Positions 24,722-32,700 of a stretch of DNA of 58,241 nucleotides are shown here, piece after piece. The translations under genes were made by a program, and so were the position numbers. Within the stretch, counting starts at the first letter, position 1; every line of letters begins with the position of its first letter. Source of the DNA: Candidatus Limnocylindrales bacterium (GTDB lineage: Bacteria; Chloroflexota; Limnocylindria; Limnocylindrales; CSP1-4); the NCBI GenBank assembly GCA_036559965.1, contig DATBSD010000091.1:1-58241 (forward strand). The letters run 5' to 3'. The notes under the pieces were generated by a model. The model did no database searches and had not been told where the DNA came from. It was given only the letters and a program-made list of their open reading frames with translations.

Positions 24722-25780
24722 ATGACCGAGCAGTCGAGTGAGGAGATCGTCCGCGGCGATCGACCGGCCACGAGCCGGCCGGTGGGGGGCCTCGCGCACG
24801 GCCCCCTGAAGCGCACGTCGCAAGGGTCGTGGGTCGGCCGCGCCCTCGTCCGCCTGACCGAGCGCGCCGTCGTGCTGGGCTATCGTTTCGCCTCCTGGCT
24901 GCTCGGCGTCGTGCCGCTCGGCATCAGCCTGCCGCTCGCCGGCGGCGCGATGCGCGTGGCCTGGGTCGTCTGGCCGGCCAAGCGACGAGTCATCCTCGCC
25001 AACGCGTCGCACATCCTCGGCCGCCCGACCGACGACCCCGCCGTGCGTCGCCTCGCGGGGCGCGTCTATCAGACCTATGGTCGCTACATCGTCGAGCTCA
25101 TGCGCCTGCCGTCGCTGCCGCCGGAGGCACCGGCGGCGATGATGGATTCGCGCGGCGAGCGCGGAGTCGATGCCTTCGCCGAGCTCTGGGCGAGGCTGGA
25201 GGCCGAGGGCCGGGGCATCATCGCCCTGTCCATCCACATCGGCAGCATCGAGACGCTCATCGCCGCCATGGCCGCACGCGGCTTCCCGACGTACGGCCTG
25301 GCCGACGACTCGTCGTATCCCGAGCTCTACGCCCTGCTCCAGGCCCAGCGCAAGCGCTGGGGCGTCGACGTCTTCCCGTGGAAGCAGCTCCGTCGCGTCT
25401 ATGCCGTCCTGCGCCAGCCGGCGTTGCTCGGCCTGCTCGTCGACTGGGGCTACCGCGCCGACGGCATCCCGGTGCGGCTGTTCGGCGACTGGACGACGCT
25501 GCCGGCCGGCCCGGCCGTGCTGGCAGCCAAGACGAACGCGGTCATCGTGCCCATCGTCTGCCGTCGGCTGCCCGGCGGCCGATTCAGTGCCGAGTGGCTC
25601 GACCCGATCGAGGTCGTCGACGACGATCCGGCGACGATCAGCGCCGCCACGCAGGCCGTCGCCCACGCCCTCGAGGGGATGGTCCGGCCGGCGCCGGAGC
25701 AGTGGTACACGTTCAAGCCCATCTGGCCGACATCGGTCGATGAGGCCGCCGAGCTCGCGGCACGGGTGACGTCGTCGTGA
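24722..25780 (+). CDS. LpxL/HtrB-family lysophospholipid acyltransferase (PIM acyltransferase PatA-like), copy 1
   Basis: H-x4-E motif in LSIHIGSIE. LABLAT-family layout (Y..YGRYIVE...LLVDWGY...GPAVLA). Sits in the position that patA occupies in pgsA1-patA-pimA operons. Confidence 0.75.
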   Translation: MTEQSSEEIVRGDRPATSRPVGGLAHGPLKRTSQGSWVGRALVRLTERAVVLGYRFASWLLGVVPLGISLPLAGGAMRVAWVVWPAKRRVILANASHILGRPTDDPAVRRLAGRVYQTYGRYIVELMRLPSLPPEAPAAMMDSRGERGVDAFAELWARLEAEGRGIIALSIHIGSIETLIAAMAARGFPTYGLADDSSYPELYALLQAQRKRWGVDVFPWKQLRRVYAVLRQPALLGLLVDWGYRADGIPVRLFGDWTTLPAGPAVLAAKTNAVIVPIVCRRLPGGRFSAEWLDPIEVVDDDPATISAATQAVAHALEGMVRPAPEQWYTFKPIWPTSVDEAAELAARVTSS

Positions 25781-26715
25781 CAGCGGGGCAGCGCGGCAAG
25801 CTGGCGGCCTTGCGTGCCGTGACCTGGCTCGCCTGCCATCTGCCGGAGCGGCCGCTCCATCGCTGCTTCGCGGCCATCGGCGCCGCGCTCTACCTCGTCG
25901 ACGGCACGCGGCGCGACCTGGCGCGCCGCAATCTGACCCGGATCTGCGCCTGGCTGGTGGCCGAGGGCCGGGCCACGCCGCGGGTCGCCCGGGCGGCGCG
26001 AGACCGACGCGCGATGGACCGCCTCGTCAGGTCGGCGTTCAGCCACCACGCCCGCTACTACCTCGAGGTCCTGCGCATCTCGACCCTCACCGGCGCCTAT
26101 CTCGAGGCGCGCCTCGACTTCGGGGACTGGGAGCCCATCAGGGCAGGCTTCCGCGCCGTTACCGAGAAGCGCGGCCTGATGTACATCGGCATGCACTACG
26201 CGTCGATGGAGGTCCCCGCCCGGTACGCCATCCTCCAGACCGGGGCCATCGCCCTGACGCCCATGGAGACCGTCGACGATCCGGCCATCCAGGCCTGGGC
26301 CGAGGAGCAGCGGCAGCCCATCGGACTCGAGATCATCGACCCGGCACGTGGCGGCCGGCGCATGCTGGCCTACGCCCGCGAGGGCGGCCTGCTGACCGTC
26401 GTCGGCGACCGGCCGCTGGCCGGGACCGCGCGTCCCGTCGAGCTCTTCGGCGCGCCGGCCATGCTGCCCGTCGGCCCGGCGCTGGTCGCGGTCGAGACGG
26501 GCATCACCTGCCAGATCGCCGTCTCGCGCCGGACGGGGCTGGGCACGTATGAGATCGACCTCCACGAGCTGGCTGTCCCGGCTCCCGGCGGACCGCTGCG
26601 CGAGCGCATGGCGACCTTCATGGCCGCTGAGGCGCGTGCCATGGAAGGCATCGTCGCGGTCGCCCCCGAGCAGTGGTGGACGTGCATGTACCCGATCTGG
26701 GATGACATCCGATGA
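25777..26715 (+). CDS. LpxL/HtrB-family acyltransferase, copy 2 (paralog of the preceding gene)
   Basis: The start is a GTGA overlap with copy 1. H-x4-E motif in IGMHYASME, plus LTVVGDRP and MLPVGPALVAVETG. Confidence 0.7.
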   Translation: MTAGQRGKLAALRAVTWLACHLPERPLHRCFAAIGAALYLVDGTRRDLARRNLTRICAWLVAEGRATPRVARAARDRRAMDRLVRSAFSHHARYYLEVLRISTLTGAYLEARLDFGDWEPIRAGFRAVTEKRGLMYIGMHYASMEVPARYAILQTGAIALTPMETVDDPAIQAWAEEQRQPIGLEIIDPARGGRRMLAYAREGGLLTVVGDRPLAGTARPVELFGAPAMLPVGPALVAVETGITCQIAVSRRTGLGTYEIDLHELAVPAPGGPLRERMATFMAAEARAMEGIVAVAPEQWWTCMYPIWDDIR

Positions 26716-27527
26716 GCGCGTCAGGCCCGGGGTCGGTCGGTCGCGCCGACCTCCACATCCACTCCGCCGCGTCCGATGGCGTGGCCGGCGTTGACGCCAT
26801 CCTGCGTCATGTCCAGGAGCAGACCGACCTCGACGTCATCGCCATCACCGACCACGAGCGCATCGACGCCGCCCTGGCGGCGCAGGCCATGGCTGCCGAT
26901 CGCGGCGCACGCTTCGAGGTCATCGTCGGCGAGGAGGTCACCACTCGCAGCGGTCACCTGCTCGGCCTCTTCCTGCGTCAGCCCGTGCCGCCGCTGCGAT
27001 CGCTGCGCTGGAGCATCGCGGCCATCCACGAGCAGGGCGGCCTGGCCATCCCCGCACATCCGCTCGTGCCGGTGCCGATGAGTACGTCGGCACGTCGCAT
27101 CCGAGCGCTGCTCGACGATGCCGACCGCGCGGTCCAGCCGGACGCGCTCGAGGTCTTCAACCCGACGACCGTCGGCCGGCGCTGGCATCCGCGCGTGGTC
27201 GCCTTCGCCGCCCAGCACGGCCTGCCCGGCGTGGGCAACAGCGATGCCCACCTGCCGGCGCACATCGGCCAGGTCACGACCGGCTTCGAGGGCCACACCG
27301 CAGAGGACCTGCGCCGCGCCATCGAGGCCGGCACGACGACCTGGCAGGGCGACTTCTACCCGCCGCTCGCCCAGGTCGGCATGTTCGGGCACCAGGTCCG
27401 CAAGTACGCTCGCGACGTGCGCGACGAAGTGCGCGGCAAGCTGCTGCGTGACGGCACGGGACGTGACCTGGGCTATCCGGGTGGGCGGCAGCGACCGCCG
27501 CGCTTCGAGATCGACCGGCGGCCATGA
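26712..27527 (+). CDS. PHP-domain metal-dependent phosphoesterase
   Basis: ATGA overlaps at both ends. PHP motifs ADLHIHSAASDG, IAITDHERID, GEEVTT..GHLLG, IPAHPL and NSDAH. Confidence 0.8.
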   Translation: MSASGPGSVGRADLHIHSAASDGVAGVDAILRHVQEQTDLDVIAITDHERIDAALAAQAMAADRGARFEVIVGEEVTTRSGHLLGLFLRQPVPPLRSLRWSIAAIHEQGGLAIPAHPLVPVPMSTSARRIRALLDDADRAVQPDALEVFNPTTVGRRWHPRVVAFAAQHGLPGVGNSDAHLPAHIGQVTTGFEGHTAEDLRRAIEAGTTTWQGDFYPPLAQVGMFGHQVRKYARDVRDEVRGKLLRDGTGRDLGYPGGRQRPPRFEIDRRP

Positions 27528-28708
27528 AGATCGGCCTCGTCACGCCGTATGTCTATCCGCTGCCCGGCGGCGTCAACGAGCACGTCCGCTACCTCTACGA
27601 CGGCCTCCTCGAGCGGGGCCACGAGGTGCGCATCATCAGCAGCACGCACGGCCTCCAGCGCGCCGCCGAGGGCGATGTCATCCGACTCGGGCGTGGCTTC
27701 AGCGTGCCGACCAACGGTTCGATGGGCACGGTCACCGTCTCGCCCCGCTACCTGTCTCAGATCAGCCGCCTGCTCGATCGCGAGCGCTTCGACGTGCTCC
27801 ATTTCCACGAGCCGTTCGTGCCGCTCCTGTCGCCATTCCTGCTCCGCGAGTCGAACAGCGTCAACGTGGCCACGTTCCATGCGTACGCCGGCTGGAGCCC
27901 GTCGTACGAGCTAGGCAGCCGGTTCATGGGCCGGCTCGCCGCGCGCCTGCACGGCCGCGTCGCGGTCAGCGCCGCCGCCCGCCACTTCATCGATCGCTAC
28001 TTCCCGGGCGACTACAAGGTCATCCCCAACGGCGTCGACCTGGGTCGCTTCGGCGACCTCGAGCCCATCGAGCAGTGGCGCGACGGGACGGCCAACCTGC
28101 TCTTCGTCGGCCGCTTCGAGCAGCGCAAGGGCCTGCTCGTGCTGCTCCGCGCGTTCCGAGCCCTGCGGCGTTCCGGTCGCGACTGCCGCCTGCTCGTCGT
28201 GGGTCGCGGGCCGCAGGAGCGCGAGGCGCGACGCTACATCGCCACGCGCGGCCTGACCGGCGTCCATCTGCTCGGGCGGGTGAGCGACCAGGAGAAGGCG
28301 CGCCTGTTCGCGACCGCCGACGTCTACGTCTCGCCGGCCACCGGCCAGGAGTCGTTCGGCATCGTGCTGCTCGAGGCGATGGCCGCCGGCACGGCCATCG
28401 TGTGCAGCGACATCCACGGCTACAAGGGCGTCGTCCGACGCGGTCAGCAGGCGCTCCTCGTGCCGCCGCGCGACCCCGTCGAGCTGGCCGAGGCCATCGG
28501 CAGCCTGCTCGACGACCCGGCGCTTCGGGCTCGCATGGGCGCCTCCGGACGACAGCGGGCCGAGCAGTTCTCGTGGCCGAGCATCGCGGCCAAGGTCGAC
28601 GACTACTACGGCTTCGTCATCCGCCGACTCGCGAACCAGGGCGCGCTGCCGGCAGATTTTCGGTCGGACGTGCCGGCCGCGCCACGGCCTCCCCGAGCGG
28701 TGGCCTGA
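27524..28708 (+). CDS. pimA: GT4 (GT-B) GDP-mannose-dependent phosphatidylinositol alpha-mannosyltransferase PimA-like
   Basis: The N-terminus MKIGLVTPYVYPLPGGVNEHVRYLYDGLLERGHEVRIIS closely parallels the PimA N-terminus. The C-terminal E-x7-E region is GQESFGIVLLEAMAAGTAIV. Confidence 0.8.
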   Translation: MKIGLVTPYVYPLPGGVNEHVRYLYDGLLERGHEVRIISSTHGLQRAAEGDVIRLGRGFSVPTNGSMGTVTVSPRYLSQISRLLDRERFDVLHFHEPFVPLLSPFLLRESNSVNVATFHAYAGWSPSYELGSRFMGRLAARLHGRVAVSAAARHFIDRYFPGDYKVIPNGVDLGRFGDLEPIEQWRDGTANLLFVGRFEQRKGLLVLLRAFRALRRSGRDCRLLVVGRGPQEREARRYIATRGLTGVHLLGRVSDQEKARLFATADVYVSPATGQESFGIVLLEAMAAGTAIVCSDIHGYKGVVRRGQQALLVPPRDPVELAEAIGSLLDDPALRARMGASGRQRAEQFSWPSIAAKVDDYYGFVIRRLANQGALPADFRSDVPAAPRPPRAVA

Positions 28709-28719
28709 ACGTCAGGTCG

Positions 28720-29550
28720 TCAGGGCCGGATGAACAGCGAGCGGGACCACTCGCCGACGTTGCCCTTCTTGTCCCGCGCCCTGATCCGATACTCGTAGAG
28801 TTGGCCCTTGAGCAGGCGGCGGACCATGCCGTCGCGGGTGGTCGCGCTGTAGACCGTCGTCCAGGCGGTCACGCCGGGGCGGCGCTTCTGGACCTGGTAG
28901 CTGGCGAAGCCGGCGGTCAGCACCTGGAGTCGGCGGTCTGCGCCCTTCCACTCGATGCGCACCCGACGCCGGGCGCCGCTGCTCGCCGTCGAGACCGTGT
29001 CGGCGCTGGCGTTGCTGTCGGTCCGGAACTTGGCCCACGCGCCGGTGCGGTCAGGGCCCTTCATGAAGATGGCCGTCCAGATCTTCTTGCCGCTCCCGTC
29101 GACCGCCAGGCCGATGCCGAAGTAGTTGTAGTCGGCGCTCGTCAGCAGCTTGTAGTGACCGGACGAGTCATGCCACTGGCGGCTGACCGCGCTGGCCGAC
29201 TCGCTCAGCGTGCCGTGCGTGTTCCAGGCGATGTTCTCGCCCGCCCCGAACCACCGGATGCCGGCGTCGCTCATGAGGTCCCAGGCCCAGTCGCCATCGG
29301 GCTCCTGGTGGGAGAAGTAGCCCTTCGAGGCCATGTCCTCCGACCGACCTCGAGCGATGGCGGCCAGCCTGGCGTCGCGGCGGAGCACGACGCGGCCGAT
29401 GGCCTGGCGCTGGTCGTTGAGCAGGCCAGCGACCTTGGCCTCGGCCCCGGCGACGGTCAGATCGTCGGCGGCAGCGACGATGGGGACGATGGTGGCGAGC
29501 AGCAGGGCGGCCAGGGCGATCGGGCCCAGGCGTCGGGCGATGGTCATCAT
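28720..29550 (-). CDS. secreted CAP/SCP (PR-1-like) domain protein with a C-terminal FN3-like beta domain
   Basis: Internal ATG of track ORF 28720..29610. Signal-like MMTIARRLGPIALAALLLATIVPIVAAA. CAP motifs MASKGYFSHQ, GENIAW and SSGHYKLL. The C-terminus (VRIEWKG...YQVQKRR.G...W..V...T......L.KGQLYEYRIRARD..GN.GEWS) looks FN3-like. Confidence 0.7.
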   Translation of the reverse strand: MMTIARRLGPIALAALLLATIVPIVAAADDLTVAGAEAKVAGLLNDQRQAIGRVVLRRDARLAAIARGRSEDMASKGYFSHQEPDGDWAWDLMSDAGIRWFGAGENIAWNTHGTLSESASAVSRQWHDSSGHYKLLTSADYNYFGIGLAVDGSGKKIWTAIFMKGPDRTGAWAKFRTDSNASADTVSTASSGARRRVRIEWKGADRRLQVLTAGFASYQVQKRRPGVTAWTTVYSATTRDGMVRRLLKGQLYEYRIRARDKKGNVGEWSRSLFIRP

Positions 29551-29700
29551 CGTCCCCTGGCGTGGCAACGGACCGGGACCTCCGGCGCGGACCGCCAGTC
29601 TCCCCGGCAACGGCCGCCGACTCCATAGCCAAGCGGTCCCATGGCCGCCCGACCCGGTGGTACGGGCGGGCGGTGCGCGGATGCACCATCGACCGAGCGC

Positions 29701-32700
29701 TCAGGCCGTCGCGGAGCCGCCTTCTGTGGGGTCCTCGTCGGGCCCGGGGGCCCAGCCGCCGGAACGCCAGACGGCGGCTGCGTACATCGCCGCACCGGCC
29801 AGACAGGCGACCATCGCAGTCAGGGCCACCGACTCGAGGCTCAGGAAGCTCGTCTCGGTCGCGCCGGCTGTGTTGACCGCGAACTGGAAGTCGTAGTTGT
29901 AGGTCGAGAGCGGCAACGTCTGGAACAGCCGCGCCAGGCCGGTCGGCACGGGCAGTGCCGCGATCGTCGGCTGGAAGGCGACGAACCAGATGATCATGGC
30001 GCCGAACGTGCCGATGATGAAGCGGCGCGGATCGCGCGCCCCGATGACCAGCCAGGCGGCGACGGCGAGCGGCAGGCCGAGCAGCAGCGCACCGACGTAC
30101 GGCCCGATGTCGCCGATGGGTGCGGTCACGAGCGGTGTCTCGGCGAAGCGCGACTGGACGATGGCCACGGCCACGCCCGTCGTGACCGCCGTGATGAGCA
30201 GCCAGATGGCGCCCGGCGGCAGCCTGCCACCCGGCGTCGCCTCGAAGTCGGAGCGCCGCCGGCGGAGACCGAGCGTGTGCGCCTGCCAGGCCAGGATGAC
30301 GATGCCGACGAGCACGATGAGCAGCGACACGGCGGCCCGCTCGGTGAGCACGAACGCCTCGCTCACGTAGCCGCATGCCTGCGAGCCCGGATTGACCTGG
30401 GCGACGCCCGAGACCGCGCAGAGCGGCACGCGCAGCAGCCAGAGCAAGGGCACCGCGACGAGCATGGCCGCGACCGACACGCGTGCCAGCAGCCAGGTCC
30501 GTGCCGAAGGACCGTGCCACAGCTCGGCCAGGAAGTAGGCCAGGCCGATGATCACGAACGGCAGGCTCGTGTAGTAGTGGTACTGGAAGGTCGCCCGGTC
30601 GATGCGCGCCCAGGGCAGCCACTGGCAGGCGAAGCCGATGAGCACCAGCGCGAGGGCCAGGCTGCGGCGGTGCCAGGCGGTGAAGGCGAGCCAGATCATG
30701 GCCGGCACCGAGAGCCAGAAGAGGACGAGGTTGCCGGCGTCGTAGATGACCGCCGTCCACCCCTCCGCCAGGTTGCCCAGGTAGAACCAGACCGGCTTGA
30801 GATCGAAGGGCCAGGCCCACCACGGCGACGATGCGGCGTGCGTCGCGCGCAGGTTGTCGTGGTACTCGTACATCTGGATCTGGAGCGCGAGCAGGGTCTG
30901 GCCTTCGTTGCCGGCCGGGAACGACTCGATCCAGCGGTTGCCGAGCTCCACCCAGGGAGCGAAGCTGATGACGTAGACGACGACCGGGATGGCCAGCACG
31001 CAGCCCAGCGCCCACAGCCAGGGCAGCCCGAAGCGCCAGCCGGGTCGCAACCAGCCACGCGGCGGTTGACCGGCCGGCAGGCCTCCCGCGGGCTCGATGG
31101 TGACCGTTGGGGCCAGGGGTCCACGGCCGCGCGACGCGGCCATCGCCAGGCCGATGTAGGCCAGGACCCCGACCGCGACGAGGCCGAGCGAGGCCGCCAG
31201 GAGGGTCGTGGGATCGACCATGCCCTCGCTCGGCAGGCTCGAACTCGCGGCCACGAGCAAGAGCGTGCCCACGATGCCCAGCACGACGGGCGCGGCCACC
31301 GCGAAGCGTGCCTCGTCGCGCGACCAGCGGACCGGCCGCAGGACGATGGCCACGGCCAGCAGCAGGGTGACCGCGAGCGTGATGACCACGAACACGCCAT
31401 TGCCCTTGACGCTCACCAGGATCGGCGCCGCGACGGCCGCGAAGACAAGGCCGACGAGGAGGACCGTCCTGCCTGCCCGGGAGACATGCAGGACGAGACC
31501 GGTGAGCAGCATCGCCAGGATGGTCACCACGATCGTGCCCACGACGTCCGGCGTGCTCGACGTCGGCGAGCTGATGGCCACCCAGCCCAACACGCCGGTC
31601 ATGGCGATGAGCGCGGCCAGGGCGATGAGCCTGCCGACCGCCGAGCGGATGAGGATGAGCAGGACGATGCCACCGATGGCGTATAGCCCGACCCATTTGG
31701 CGGCCAGCGCGAGGCCCAGGATGACGCCCAGCAACGGCAGGCCCACGAGCAGGGCGCTCCAGCCACGCCAGCGCCCGAGCCAGAGCAGGGCGAAGACGAG
31801 GTAGGCGGCGGCGATGAAGGCGCCGACATAGACATCGTTCATGCCGATGCGCGACTGGGCGAACATCATGCCGTCGACGAGCACCAGCCCGGCCACGGCC
31901 AGCCCGACCGTCCGACGGCGGATGAGGACGCGCGCCAGGAGGTAGATGAGCGCCGCCGTGAGGGCGCCCAGGATGACGCCCGGCAGCCGCCACCCGAAGG
32001 CGTTGCGGCCGGTCTCGACGACGGCCACCTGGCCATCGGCCGCGATGGTCAGCAGCTGTTGGCGATCCTGGCTCGGGCGATCGGCATCGGCATCGAGCGC
32101 CCATGCGACCGGCGGCGCCGGCAGCAGCGCGTCGGCATAGACGGCGTTGGCGTGCGGCTCGACGACGTAGACCGTCGAGGCGTCGCCGTCCGGTGTCCGC
32201 CCGAGCACGTGGAGCATCTGGGTCGCGGAGTCGTACACGAGGTCGTACACGGCCGCGGGCATCCAAACGTCATCGCGCTTGACCGGCGCCTGACCCTTCT
32301 TGACTTCGACCCGCAGCAGCCGCTCGCCGGTCGTGCCATAGAGCGTCGGCTCGGCGGGACCCTCGACGTGAACGACCGATGTCACCGGCGCATCCGTGGC
32401 GATGGCATCGACGCGAGCCAGGGTGGCCGCGTCGAGCAGCACGAGGCCCTCCGTCGCGGCGACGGCCACGAGGTCGCCGCTCTCGATCGTCGTGCCCGGC
32501 AGCTCGCCTTGGTCGAGCGCCTCCTGGATGTTGATGGCCTCGTCCTGTTCGAGGTTCGAGACGACGGTCACGACGCCCTCGGCACCGACCAGCAGTGCAC
32601 GGATCCGCGTGGCGTCGTCGGCCAGGATGCCGGCCAGCGTCTCGGCCAGGCTGCCGGGCTCGTCGACCGCGCCGACGTCGACGACGAGGCGCTGGCCGCC

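Noticed and set aside
22798-24816. 672-aa minus-strand ORF over the PIP synthase and ino1 genes. The similar shadow ORFs 29168..32266 (-), 32059..34482 (+) and 44097..46226 (+) also belong to this group.
   Set aside because: They are antisense or off-frame to genes with strong family signatures, and they have no motifs and a low-complexity composition.
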